Source of the DNA: Oscillospiraceae bacterium
Lineage (GTDB): Bacteria > Bacillota > Clostridia > Oscillospirales > SIG627
Direction of reading: 5' to 3'
DNA length: 64,000 nt
Assembly: GCA_015063605.1 (NCBI GenBank)
Contig: SVTV01000014.1
Coordinates: 3,038-67,037 of the forward strand
Position 1 is the first letter of the stretch. Each line of letters starts with the position of its first letter. This document shows, piece by piece, positions 1 to 9,926 of this stretch. Below the pieces are notes generated by a model. The model ran no database searches. It worked only from the letters and a program-made list of their open reading frames with translations, and was not told the DNA's origin. The position numbers were made by a program, and so were the translations under genes.

Positions 1-43
1 AGATCAATAAATAAATCGATAAAGATTCGGGAAAGGATATTCT

Positions 44-1015
44 ATGGAACAAAGACAAAATCTCACACTCACGGAATGCTACGATATATCAGACAGCATC
101 ATGAATGAGATATCTCAGGTGCTTCTCGGAAAAACGGATAAGATCCGATCGCTTCTTACCGCACTTTTCGCAGGCGGTCATATTCTCATAGAGGACGTTC
201 CCGGTGTGGGTAAAACCACACTTGCCTCCGCATTGGCAAAGGCAACGGGACTCAAGTGCAACAGAGCACAGTTTACTCCCGATGTTACTCCGTCGGATAT
301 AACGGGCTTCAATATGTACAACCGTAAAAGCGACTCCTTCGAATACCGCGAGGGTCTCGCCATGTGCAATATTCTTCTTGCGGATGAGATAAACAGAACA
401 TCTCCCAAAACGCAGTCCAGCCTCCTTGAGGCAATGGAAGAAAAGTGTGTTACGGTTGACGGAGTCATGTATCCTCTTCCTTCTATATTTATGGTAATCG
501 CAACACAGAACCCCAGCGGATTCGTCGGCACATACCCGCTACCCGAGGCTCAGCTTGACAGATTTTTGATGAAGATCTCTCTCGGTTATCCCGATAAGCT
601 CAGCGAGATCGCTCTTATCAAGGACAGAAGGACTGAAAATCCCCTTGCCAATGTTAAATGCGTGGCATCGGGAGAAGATATTGAAGAAATAAAGAGATAC
701 TGCTCCGAAGTTTATATAAACGATGCCGTCTATTCGTACATTGTTAACCTCACAGCAATGACACGTTCTCACAGGAATCTTGAGCTCGGCGCAAGCCCCA
801 GAGCATCCCTTGCTCTTATGAAGGCTTCTCAGGCGAGCGCATTCATGAAAAAGAGAACATACGTTCTTCCCGAGGATGTACGTGAGATATTTTATGATGT
901 GGTCTGCCACAGACTTATCTTCAAGCAGGATATGCGTTTCGGAGATAAGAACGCAAGAGATACGATAAATGAGATACTCGGCGGAACGGAAATGCCCCTT
1001 GTGGGAGTTCACTGA
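44..1015 (+). CDS. MoxR-family AAA+ ATPase
   Basis: 323-aa ORF with GAAAGGA SD upstream. Walker A 'DVPGVGKTTLA', Walker B 'ILLADEINR' and 'ATQNP' are typical of MoxR-type AAA+ proteins. Confidence 0.9.
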   Translation: MEQRQNLTLTECYDISDSIMNEISQVLLGKTDKIRSLLTALFAGGHILIEDVPGVGKTTLASALAKATGLKCNRAQFTPDVTPSDITGFNMYNRKSDSFEYREGLAMCNILLADEINRTSPKTQSSLLEAMEEKCVTVDGVMYPLPSIFMVIATQNPSGFVGTYPLPEAQLDRFLMKISLGYPDKLSEIALIKDRRTENPLANVKCVASGEDIEEIKRYCSEVYINDAVYSYIVNLTAMTRSHRNLELGASPRASLALMKASQASAFMKKRTYVLPEDVREIFYDVVCHRLIFKQDMRFGDKNARDTINEILGGTEMPLVGVH

Positions 1016-1017
1016 AT

Positions 1018-2334
1018 ATGAAGACTTCTCTGCTTGCCTCACGTATAGCATATTTATGCATCCTGATATTTTCGATAGTATTCACTCAGGGTGTGCGGTC
1101 GGGTCTGTCCACTTTTTTTCTGATTTTCGTTATCCTGATGCCCGTATTCACGCTTTTATATGCATTGGTAACAAAGATCTTTCTGAGATATTGCGTGGAT
1201 CTTGAAAATCATCACTCCGACGCCGCTTCGGGAAGTTATGCATACAGAGTCTTCCGCGGTGACAGAGTCCGTGTTTCCTGTCTTCTTGAGAATACATCCT
1301 TTCTCCCGATATTCTACATAGAGGCGCATGTTGTATATCCCGATAAGGATGTTATATCGGTAACGCAAAAAACGAGAGAGCTCACTCTCCTTCCCTTTTG
1401 CAAGGCGCATACATCCGAGGATATCACATTCACTCACAGAGGTAATTACAGGATAGGCATTGAGCATGTGGTGATATACGATCTTCTGAGGCTTTTCAGA
1501 TTGAAGATCCCCGCAAGCTCTTCTCTTGAGATAGAAGTAATGCCTCAATGCGGATCTCTCGACATATTTGAATTTCAGACTGCGGCTATTTCCGGAGATT
1601 CATCGGGCTCGACAAAAGCCGATACAGAGCGCACCGAGCTTTTCGGAGTAAGATCGTTTCTTCCCGGAGACAGTCTCAAGAATATCCATTGGAAGCTTAC
1701 CGGTAAAAACTCATCGGATGATCCCGATCCTTATGTAAAGATCTACTCGGGCAGCGATCACCGTTTACGTTTTATTCTGTGTGATCTATCGGTTTCTCCC
1801 GAGCTTCTTTGTTCACCCGATGATATTGCAAAGCAAAGCTGCATTCTTTCGCAAAACGAGCTTCATACTTTGGGCGATGCCGTTGTCGAAGCTGCTGTTG
1901 CCGCAGCGTATTCCGCATACCGATCGGGACTTTCTTGTACGGTGAAGTGGTTCGATATAATGAAGGATGAGATATTCATCAAGGATATCAATTCTTATAA
2001 CGATTTTCGTGCGTTCTACCATATGATAGCTCAAGCTCCTGTCTATCTGAAGGGTGACAGCTCATTTCGGTTTGAGCGTATGATATCGGAATGTATTTCT
2101 TTACCCGATGCATGTGAGATCTATCCCATAATTACCTCTCTTGATTCGGGAATATTGTCATCCTTCGGGAATGCACACGGTGCCAAAAACGCTCTCTATC
2201 CGATGTTGATAAACGGAATGTATTCCAATGCCGAAAGAGACAAAACAATAATGCATGAGATAAGGGTGCCGTATATTGCACTTCCTGCAGAAAAGCCCTT
2301 TTTCTCTTATGAGGATCTCAAAGGAAATCTTTGA
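1018..2334 (+). CDS. DUF58 domain-containing membrane protein (MoxR partner)
   Basis: 438-aa ORF starting 3 nt after the MoxR stop. It has N-terminal hydrophobic helices and the DUF58 signature 'FGVRSFLPGDSLKNIHWKLTGK'. Confidence 0.8.
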   Translation: MKTSLLASRIAYLCILIFSIVFTQGVRSGLSTFFLIFVILMPVFTLLYALVTKIFLRYCVDLENHHSDAASGSYAYRVFRGDRVRVSCLLENTSFLPIFYIEAHVVYPDKDVISVTQKTRELTLLPFCKAHTSEDITFTHRGNYRIGIEHVVIYDLLRLFRLKIPASSSLEIEVMPQCGSLDIFEFQTAAISGDSSGSTKADTERTELFGVRSFLPGDSLKNIHWKLTGKNSSDDPDPYVKIYSGSDHRLRFILCDLSVSPELLCSPDDIAKQSCILSQNELHTLGDAVVEAAVAAAYSAYRSGLSCTVKWFDIMKDEIFIKDINSYNDFRAFYHMIAQAPVYLKGDSSFRFERMISECISLPDACEIYPIITSLDSGILSSFGNAHGAKNALYPMLINGMYSNAERDKTIMHEIRVPYIALPAEKPFFSYEDLKGNL

Positions 2335-2363
2335 TCCTTCAAAATCACAACTAAGGAAATTTC

Positions 2364-3518
2364 ATGAACGAACATATTTTTACAGCCACATGCCTTTTCG
2401 GGCTTGAAAAGCTTCTGGGCAATGAAATAGATGCCATGGGATACAAGCGCATCGAGACCATTAACGGCAGAGTTACATTTTCGGGACCCATCGAGGCTAT
2501 TTGCAGATTCAATATATTTTCAAGATTTGCCGAAAGACTATTTATTAAGCTTGGTGAATTTCCCGCCGAAACATTTGATATGCTGTTTGAAGGTACGAAA
2601 GCCTTACCGTGGTATGATTGGATCGGCAGAGATGATGCTTTCCCCGTAAAGGGTCATTCCATAAAAAGCAAGCTGACAAGTATACCCGACTGTCAGAGCA
2701 TAGTAAAAAAAGCCGTTGTTGAATCAATGAAGAAAGAGTATTCCCTTTCCGTTTTCCCCGAGGACGGTGTAAAATATCAGATAGAGTTTTTCATTCTCAA
2801 TGACAAGGCTTCTCTTATGATCGATACGAGCGGTATGGCGCTTCACAAGCGCGGATACCGTCCCGGTGCGGGCGCCGCGCCTATCAGGGAAACACTTGCC
2901 GCCGCTTTATGCCAAATAGCACGCCCGCATGAGGATATACTTTTCTGGGATCCTATGTGCGGCAGTGCTACCATTCCCATTGAAGCCGCATTGATAGCTA
3001 CAAATACGGCGCCGGGAATAAACAGACATTTTGTTTCCGAAGATTTTTACGATATTCCCGAAAAGGCGTGGAAAAATGCAAGGGAAGAAGCTCACGATGT
3101 GATAAAGCGTGATTCAAGATTTTTAGCTTTCGCCTCCGACATAGATGAAAGCGTTCTTCAAGCCGCTTCAGCATCCATAGAGCGAGCGGGAATGAAAAAA
3201 CATATATCCCTCTTTAAGGATGATGTGAGAAATATTTCTTCCGACGGAAGGAAAGGCACAGTTGTAATGAATCCTCCTTACGGCGAGAGATTAATGGATA
3301 TAAAGTCCGCAAGAGAGCTTTATAAAGGCATAGGCAAGGCTTTTTCCGCTCTCGGAGACTGGCATATATATGTGATAACCTCCGATGAGGAATTCGAAAA
3401 ATACTATGGCAAAAGAGCCGATAAAAAGCGCACGCTTTACAACGGAATGATAAAATGCTGTTATTACCAATATTTCAAATATCACGGAAAGGATAACTTC
3501 TCGCATGAAAGATCTTAA
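2364..3518 (+). CDS. THUMP-domain class I SAM-dependent RNA methyltransferase (RlmL/YpsC-like)
   Basis: 384 aa with AAGGAAA SD. The N-terminal region is THUMP-like, and the 'VVMNPPYGERL' (NPPY) and 'DPMCGSATIPIEAA' SAM-binding motifs are present. Confidence 0.85.
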   Translation: MNEHIFTATCLFGLEKLLGNEIDAMGYKRIETINGRVTFSGPIEAICRFNIFSRFAERLFIKLGEFPAETFDMLFEGTKALPWYDWIGRDDAFPVKGHSIKSKLTSIPDCQSIVKKAVVESMKKEYSLSVFPEDGVKYQIEFFILNDKASLMIDTSGMALHKRGYRPGAGAAPIRETLAAALCQIARPHEDILFWDPMCGSATIPIEAALIATNTAPGINRHFVSEDFYDIPEKAWKNAREEAHDVIKRDSRFLAFASDIDESVLQAASASIERAGMKKHISLFKDDVRNISSDGRKGTVVMNPPYGERLMDIKSARELYKGIGKAFSALGDWHIYVITSDEEFEKYYGKRADKKRTLYNGMIKCCYYQYFKYHGKDNFSHERS

Positions 3519-4575
3519 TAATAAAAGAAGGCTCATAACGCTTTTTACACTCTTGACTGTTGCCTTTTCTTTCGTCCTTACCTCTTGCTCTTCCGTTCTT
3601 GACGGTCCCGCAATGAAGTACAAGGATATCGTTATACCCGAAGGATGCTTCTCCTATTCCGTATCTCAGACGAAAACATCTTACATGTTGTATCTTACGG
3701 GTGCTTCCTCAACAGCAGAGCTTGAGGATTATCCCGCTTTGTGGGAATTTGTTCCTGCTGAGGACGGTGTTACCATCGGTGAGGTTGTCATGGAGGAAAT
3801 AGTAAAATCTCAGAAGCTCATTTTGTTTTTTGCTTCATATGCGAACGAAAAGGGCATCACACTTACCGATGAAGAGAAAAAATCGGTAAAGAGTGAAATG
3901 GATACATCCATTACAACAAATTTCAAGAGCCGTTCCGTATTCAACGAAGCATTGAAAACATACGGTCTTAACTACGATATGCTCCTTGAATACAATACTC
4001 TTCAGCTTCTCGCTTCAAAAGCCCGTGATATTTATTTCTCACAGAGCGGAGAAAGTGAGATCACCGAGGAAACGATGAAGAATTATTACGAAATGAATTA
4101 TTATACCTCTACTCATATCTTTGTCAATAACAAGACCGTTTCCATGTCGGATACTACTCCACTTTCCGAGGACGAGGCTAAGAAAAAGACGGACAAAGCA
4201 AATGATATTCTGAAAAAGGTACAAAACGGAGAAAAATTTGAAAGCTTTCTTTCCGAGACCGATGAAGAAACGGAAAACACATCTGAGCAGACAATTACAT
4301 TTTCGGAATATGAGCTCGGCTTCACCGATTTCTCAGATGCGGTATCAAAAACAAAGATCGGAGAGGTAACGATGCTCGAGACCTCAGCCGGTATCTATCT
4401 TATCAAAAGACAGAAGCTTGATACGGATCACTTTGAAACGTTCAAGGAAAACATCTTTATTACCATTGCTGATGAGCGCTCCACGGAGCTTATTGACAAT
4501 GCCGAGAGCGAATTTGTGCTTTACGACGATGTCATAGCGGCTCATCACGTGACATTGGCTCCCCTTTTCAAGTAA
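3505..4575 (+). CDS. PrsA-like lipoprotein, parvulin-type peptidyl-prolyl isomerase
   Basis: 356 aa with signal peptide and lipobox 'VLTSCSS'. The C-terminal region is parvulin-like ('GEKFESF...', 'SAGIYLIKR'). Confidence 0.65.
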   Translation: MKDLNNKRRLITLFTLLTVAFSFVLTSCSSVLDGPAMKYKDIVIPEGCFSYSVSQTKTSYMLYLTGASSTAELEDYPALWEFVPAEDGVTIGEVVMEEIVKSQKLILFFASYANEKGITLTDEEKKSVKSEMDTSITTNFKSRSVFNEALKTYGLNYDMLLEYNTLQLLASKARDIYFSQSGESEITEETMKNYYEMNYYTSTHIFVNNKTVSMSDTTPLSEDEAKKKTDKANDILKKVQNGEKFESFLSETDEETENTSEQTITFSEYELGFTDFSDAVSKTKIGEVTMLETSAGIYLIKRQKLDTDHFETFKENIFITIADERSTELIDNAESEFVLYDDVIAAHHVTLAPLFK

Positions 4576-4622
4576 ATAATGCAAATTACTTTATTTATTT
4601 TCAAATATAATGATATTTTCTA

Positions 4623-4651
4623 TTGCAAAATTCCGAAAAAAATGATATATT
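4623..4651 (+). promoter_or_regulatory. sigma-A-type promoter of the oxidoreductase/heparinase-like gene cluster
   Basis: TTGCAA (4623-4628), 17-nt spacer, TATATT (4646-4651), about 115 nt upstream of the 4766 start. Confidence 0.5.
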
Positions 4652-4765
4652 ATATATGATATGTACATACTTATCTGCGGTTGCTTTCGATTTAATCGAA
4701 AGCCCACGACTGCAAGAATGTAAATGTAAATAAATTTCACCTAACATATACGGAGGATAATTATT

Positions 4766-5815
4766 ATGTTAAGAATCGCTTTGTCCGGTCTCGGACGTAT
4801 GGGAAGTTTCCATCTCTCTATCTACGAACAGCTCGTTGAAGACGGTTTCCCCATTGAAATAGTAGCTTTGTGCGACGTTGATGAGGATAAGCTTACAGGC
4901 AAGAGCTCTGCTGTTGTAAACCTTACAGAAGGCAAGGATACAAAGAAGAGCGATCTTTCCAAGTATCATCTTTACACAGATCTTGACGAAATGCTCGCTA
5001 AGGAAGACATCGATTACGTTGATATCATAATGCCCACATACCTTCACTGCGAAGCGGCATGCAAGGTTCTCGAAAGCGGAAGACACTGCTTCTGCGAAAA
5101 GCCCATGGCTCTCAACGACGAACAGTGCAAGAAGATGATCGACACTGCAAAGAAGTCGGGCAAGCAGCTCATTATAGGCCACTGCCTCAGATTCTGGCCT
5201 GAATATGTTTATTTGAAGCAGGTTGTTCAGAACAAGGTTTACGGCGAAGTTAACGGCGGTTATTTCTGGCGCGGCGGTTATCAGGATCACGAAGCAAACG
5301 GTTCATGGCAGGATTGGATAATCAAGCGTGAAAAGGGCGGCGGAGCTCTCTGCGATCAGCATGTACACGATATAGACGTTATCAATTGGATATTCGGAAC
5401 ACCCAAGGCTGTTTCCACTATCGGTAAGACAACATTCCCCGGCAGTGCATATGACCTCGTTGCAACAAACTATATCTACGACGACAGAAAGACACTCACA
5501 GCTATCGACGATACAGCTTACAAGGGAGTTCCCTTCACATACGGCTACAAGGTAAACCTTGAAGGCGCCTGCATCGAATATAAGGATTTCAAGCTTACTG
5601 TATACCCTCACAAGGCTGAGCCCTTTACACCCGATGTATCCATCTACGGTCCTTCCACAGATGCTTATTACAATGAGCTTTCCGCATATCTTACAGCTGT
5701 AGACAACGGATATACTCTTGACAGAATGGATCCCGAAGCAAGCCGTGAAGCTATAAAGATCACAAATGCAGAAATGCGTTCCGCAGATAACAACGGAACT
5801 CTCGAGATCATATGA
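4766..5815 (+). CDS. Gfo/Idh/MocA family NAD(P)-dependent oxidoreductase
   Basis: 349 aa with GGAGGA SD. N-terminal Rossmann motif 'LRIALSGLGRMG' and the family-typical 'EKP' motif ('HCFCEKPMAL'). Confidence 0.85.
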   Translation: MLRIALSGLGRMGSFHLSIYEQLVEDGFPIEIVALCDVDEDKLTGKSSAVVNLTEGKDTKKSDLSKYHLYTDLDEMLAKEDIDYVDIIMPTYLHCEAACKVLESGRHCFCEKPMALNDEQCKKMIDTAKKSGKQLIIGHCLRFWPEYVYLKQVVQNKVYGEVNGGYFWRGGYQDHEANGSWQDWIIKREKGGGALCDQHVHDIDVINWIFGTPKAVSTIGKTTFPGSAYDLVATNYIYDDRKTLTAIDDTAYKGVPFTYGYKVNLEGACIEYKDFKLTVYPHKAEPFTPDVSIYGPSTDAYYNELSAYLTAVDNGYTLDRMDPEASREAIKITNAEMRSADNNGTLEII

Positions 5816-6252
5816 ACAGAACTATAAGATCTTTCCTTGTTTTATTACTTGCTGTAGTTTCATTGTTTTCTTTTGCTTCTTGTTCAAATGAAAGGGATAA
5901 GAATTTTCAAAGCGATGCGGATATCTTAGCTTTCGTAAAAAGCTTTGACGATTCCCATACCGAAACGGTAGTTATTTCCTTTAAAAATGAAGTGTCAGAG
6001 GCAGTCACAGAGCTTATATCATATCCCGGTAAGACAAGCGATGAGATGGAAGCCATCAAGAATTCTCTTGAGCTTGCCGATGATGAAACGGCAACTGTAT
6101 CCGGTGATTTTATTACCGTTGAAAGAAATGGAAACGGAAAGTATAAGGATACGGCATATAACAAAACGAAGACTGAAATATCTGACTATTTTCTCTCTCT
6201 CGGCTATACTGCCACGGAGATCAAAATAGACTCAAGCGGTTTGAATAAATAA
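5812..6252 (+). CDS. small lipoprotein, unknown function
   Basis: 146 aa with ATGA overlap to the upstream gene. Signal peptide plus lipobox 'SFASCSN'. Confidence 0.6.
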   Translation: MNRTIRSFLVLLLAVVSLFSFASCSNERDKNFQSDADILAFVKSFDDSHTETVVISFKNEVSEAVTELISYPGKTSDEMEAIKNSLELADDETATVSGDFITVERNGNGKYKDTAYNKTKTEISDYFLSLGYTATEIKIDSSGLNK

Positions 6253-6339
6253 AAGACTCAGGGGTTGTGGTAAAATATACGTTTTTCTGCAGCCCTCTTT
6301 TCAAAGACGATACTTTTATCAAAGCAGAAAGGGTATAAT

Positions 6340-9300
6340 ATGAAAAGAATCGTATTACTGATTTTATCTTCCATACTCATTCTCACATCAGCTTCTCCCG
6401 CAATGATCTCATTTGCGGACAATGCTGATAGTGAGTACATATTTTTCGATTCATTCGAAAATTCGGAAGTCGGAAAGCCCCCGTCGGCAGGGGAATGGAC
6501 ATACCTTCACACAGCAACAGATTCCAAGATAATTACCGAAAAACCGAGTGACGGAAAAAACTGTTATATGGTCGAGGATAAATCCTCTTCCACGAACACC
6601 GGCTTAAGATCAAAGCCCATCCCCGTAACACCGGGTAAGGTCTACAACGTTGAAGTCGATCTCAGGGTTGATTCCGGCGTAGGTCAGGTATATGTGGAAT
6701 TCTGGAACGGCGGAACCCGTCTTACTCCTGTACCGATACTTACAGGCAGCGACGCCGAATGGGAAACGATCTATTTTAATGAAACGGCTCCCGAAAGTGC
6801 CCAGACAATGACCGTTCTTCTTACACAGCATGTTGGCAACATAGGAGTTGCTTATTACGATAACGTGAGGGTATCTTTAGGCAACAAAGATGAGGCTTCG
6901 ATTCCCTCTGTAACCGTTGATACATCCAAGTACTACGATCCCAACAGAAAAGTAGACGTTCTCGTTGAAGGTTATCCCCGCCTTTATTTTACAAAGGATG
7001 AGAAGGATGATTTTATAGCTAAGAAGGATGATACAACAAAAAACTATGCGGGCTCAAGCTTTTCTGTAATATCTTCTGCAATAATTACCGCAGCAAATAC
7101 ATATGTTGATGAAAAATCCTTCACATGCTCATATTACGGTAACTACACCGTTACATATGAATATCCTTTGAAGCAACCCAAAGACCGTCCTAATCCTCCC
7201 ACGTATAATAATACCGGAAAGTATCCTTACTGGACAGCTCTGGGAAGCGCTTTAGGATCAAGACTCAAATATCTTGCTACGGCATATATGCTTACCGGCG
7301 ATGAAAAGTATGCTGAAAAAGCAACTGAGATATGTATGTCGCTTTCTGAATGGACAAGCTGGTCCGATCCCAATTACGGCTCGGGAAACGCCTGCCTTGA
7401 CAGCGGATATATAACGACAGGTGTATGTACGGTTTACGATTTTCTTTACGATTACTTTACGGACGAGCAGCGCTCCACCATACAGAAGGCCATATACGAA
7501 AAGGGTCTCGTAAAGCCCATGCAGGATTGGAACCTTACTACAGACCATAACGTTCAGGTAGTTCTTACATCCGGCTTTGCTACTGCTGCTTGTACACTTC
7601 TCGGCGAATATCCGCAGGGTGAAGCAAAGATCAAGGAAGCTATAAACAAGGCTTTGGCATACTTTACATGTTATCTTGACAAGCGTGTTAAAACATACAC
7701 ACATGAAGGAAACATGTACACCACACTTTCCATGGAATACATTATGTACGCCGCTGACGCTATCGCAAGAGTCACGGGCGACAGAAGTATTTTCAATCAC
7801 GAATATATTTCCGATGTTCTCTTTGAGTGGATGATAGCAGGCGGAGAAAGCTCTATCGGCAGCTTCGCTCTCATATCCGACGGCTCCACAGGTGTCGGAT
7901 TCTTTGCTACGGCTTCCATCCTCAATAAGGAAACGGGCAATCTGTATGCAGGCTATTTCCTTAAGAGAGCAAAGGTATACTCAAATTCTCTCGAGGGACT
8001 TCTTTACGGTCTTGTAGACGTAAAATATGAGGTGCCCGGTCAGGATCTTCAGAGTGTATATCTTGATAAGATAGGATGGGGCTCTATGAGAACTGGTTGG
8101 GATGCCAATGATATGACATTGGTATTTACCTCTTCCCGCTCCAATCTCGGTCATAATCACTATGACAACAACAGCTTCGTTCTTGCTAAGGACGGCGTAT
8201 GGCTCGCAACTGACCCCGGATATCAGGATTATTCCAAGGGTGATAATGCGGACTACACCTTGAAATACGGTCACAGCACCATATATGTTGACGGAAAAGC
8301 GCAAAGCGTACTGGGACAGTCTACTATTGAGGAGAAGCTGACAAGCGGATTCTTCTCTTACATGATAGGCTCTGCTGAAAAGGCTTACAGAAGCCCCAGA
8401 CTCACTCAGTTTGATCGTTCCTTCATTATGGTCAACCATGAAACATTCCCTTACTTTATTATCAAGGATGATCTTGACTCCGATAAAGAGCATGTTTATA
8501 CATGGAGACTCAACGTAACAAGTGCTATTCAGGCAAGAGCCGAGGGCAAAGCAAATAAGGCAGGAACGATGGCTTCCGGAAAATGGTTTGAAGCTGAATA
8601 CAATAATCATCTCATGACCATCTCCTTTGCTACCGATTCTCCCTATGACATGCTCTGGCAGAGATACAAAACCACAGCCGGTCTTGTATTTGACGTAACA
8701 GACAATCAGAAGGTAAAGGCAAACGATTACCTCTCTGTTTTATCCGTAACATCCGGAGGTGCAACTACCATTAATTTCGCTCAATACCTTGATTCGGTTA
8801 AGAAATCATCCGAGGATTTTGAAGTAAAGACAACTTCAATGGATTCAAGAAAGATGATATTTGTAAAGCCCACAGCAGTAGGACAGTCCGTAAGTCTCCC
8901 TCTCACTGTTCCCGCTACCGGCAGTTACAAGCTTCGTTTCGATCTTGCCAAAGCGAGATCCTACGGCTCCTGCGATATTTACATCGGTGATACATTTATA
9001 GGATCCCATGACGGATACGTTGACAATTACCTTGACTTTGATAAGGTAATATTCGAAAATGTTACCCTTGAAGCAGGAGATACAGAGATCACTTTTGTAG
9101 CAAAGGGCTCTTCCGCAGGCATGGAAAAGTTCCAGCTCGGTCTTATCTGTCTTATTATGGAGCCTCAGGATCCCGAAGCGGCTAAGGTCGTTATTTCCAA
9201 GAATATAGACAATGATTCTTCCAGAGGATGCTTCGTTACATACGGCGGCGAATTCGGTGCAAACGACCTTATTCTCTTTGCAAAGGATAACGGCATCAAT

Positions 9301-9798
9301 GCCGAGAACGTTATTTCCGACGGAAGCTTTGCAAACATTCTCGGTCTCAAGGAAAATGAAGTCACAACAGGCTATGTTGTAACAGATGCAAAGACACTTT
9401 CCCATAACGGTAAGGTGCTCTTTGAAAGCCCTGTTTCGGCAAGTGCGGCTATAACATTTGAAAAGGCTGAGGGAAGCGTTATAAAGGCATCCTCCGCTGT
9501 TGATGTTAAGCTTTACATTCCCGAGGATAAGCTTGAGAATAAGATAATCGGTGTAAGCGTTGCAGGCGAATCCCGTGAATACAAGCTCGATGAAAACGGA
9601 TATCTTACTTTGTCCGTTCCCAAGGGCGAGGCTTATATCGATTTCACCTTTGAAGCTCCCGTTGATGAAAACGAAAATACCGGTAACGACGAAAACAAAA
9701 ACGGATCCGGCGCAGGTCTTTGGATAGGAATAGCTGCGGTAGCGGCAGTAATCATAGCTGCGGCAGGCATTCTTCTCGGAAAGAAGAAAAAAGCATAA
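6340..9798 (+). CDS. exported, membrane-anchored heparinase II/III-like (polysaccharide lyase-like) protein with N-terminal CBM-like jelly-roll
   Basis: 1152 aa with signal peptide 'ILILTSASPAMISFA'. The N-terminal domain is CBM4/9-like ('VYVEFWNG...YYDNVRV'). The alpha/alpha-toroid region carries 'YAEKATE...SEWTSWSD' and the heparinase II/III C-domain motif 'NLGHNHYDNNSFVL'. The C-terminus is a TM helix plus a KKKKA tail. Confidence 0.75.
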   Translation: MKRIVLLILSSILILTSASPAMISFADNADSEYIFFDSFENSEVGKPPSAGEWTYLHTATDSKIITEKPSDGKNCYMVEDKSSSTNTGLRSKPIPVTPGKVYNVEVDLRVDSGVGQVYVEFWNGGTRLTPVPILTGSDAEWETIYFNETAPESAQTMTVLLTQHVGNIGVAYYDNVRVSLGNKDEASIPSVTVDTSKYYDPNRKVDVLVEGYPRLYFTKDEKDDFIAKKDDTTKNYAGSSFSVISSAIITAANTYVDEKSFTCSYYGNYTVTYEYPLKQPKDRPNPPTYNNTGKYPYWTALGSALGSRLKYLATAYMLTGDEKYAEKATEICMSLSEWTSWSDPNYGSGNACLDSGYITTGVCTVYDFLYDYFTDEQRSTIQKAIYEKGLVKPMQDWNLTTDHNVQVVLTSGFATAACTLLGEYPQGEAKIKEAINKALAYFTCYLDKRVKTYTHEGNMYTTLSMEYIMYAADAIARVTGDRSIFNHEYISDVLFEWMIAGGESSIGSFALISDGSTGVGFFATASILNKETGNLYAGYFLKRAKVYSNSLEGLLYGLVDVKYEVPGQDLQSVYLDKIGWGSMRTGWDANDMTLVFTSSRSNLGHNHYDNNSFVLAKDGVWLATDPGYQDYSKGDNADYTLKYGHSTIYVDGKAQSVLGQSTIEEKLTSGFFSYMIGSAEKAYRSPRLTQFDRSFIMVNHETFPYFIIKDDLDSDKEHVYTWRLNVTSAIQARAEGKANKAGTMASGKWFEAEYNNHLMTISFATDSPYDMLWQRYKTTAGLVFDVTDNQKVKANDYLSVLSVTSGGATTINFAQYLDSVKKSSEDFEVKTTSMDSRKMIFVKPTAVGQSVSLPLTVPATGSYKLRFDLAKARSYGSCDIYIGDTFIGSHDGYVDNYLDFDKVIFENVTLEAGDTEITFVAKGSSAGMEKFQLGLICLIMEPQDPEAAKVVISKNIDNDSSRGCFVTYGGEFGANDLILFAKDNGINAENVISDGSFANILGLKENEVTTGYVVTDAKTLSHNGKVLFESPVSASAAITFEKAEGSVIKASSAVDVKLYIPEDKLENKIIGVSVAGESREYKLDENGYLTLSVPKGEAYIDFTFEAPVDENENTGNDENKNGSGAGLWIGIAAVAAVIIAAAGILLGKKKKA

Positions 9799-9926
9799 AT
9801 TTTTGAATCAAAAAGAATAATGACTGTAAGGCTCGGACATTGAAAACGCAAACGAATATCAATTCAGATCGTATGTTTTCATGCCCGGGCCTTTTTATAT
9901 CAAAAAGGAAGGCAAGGTCAAATAAT

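Noticed and set aside
9840-9926. TTG-initiated 29-codon N-terminal extension of the second heparinase-like gene
   Set aside because: The extension 'MKTQTNINSDRMFSCPGLFISKRKARSNN' has no SD and is not signal-peptide-like. ATG 9927 has an SD and aligns with the mature N-terminus of the paralog.
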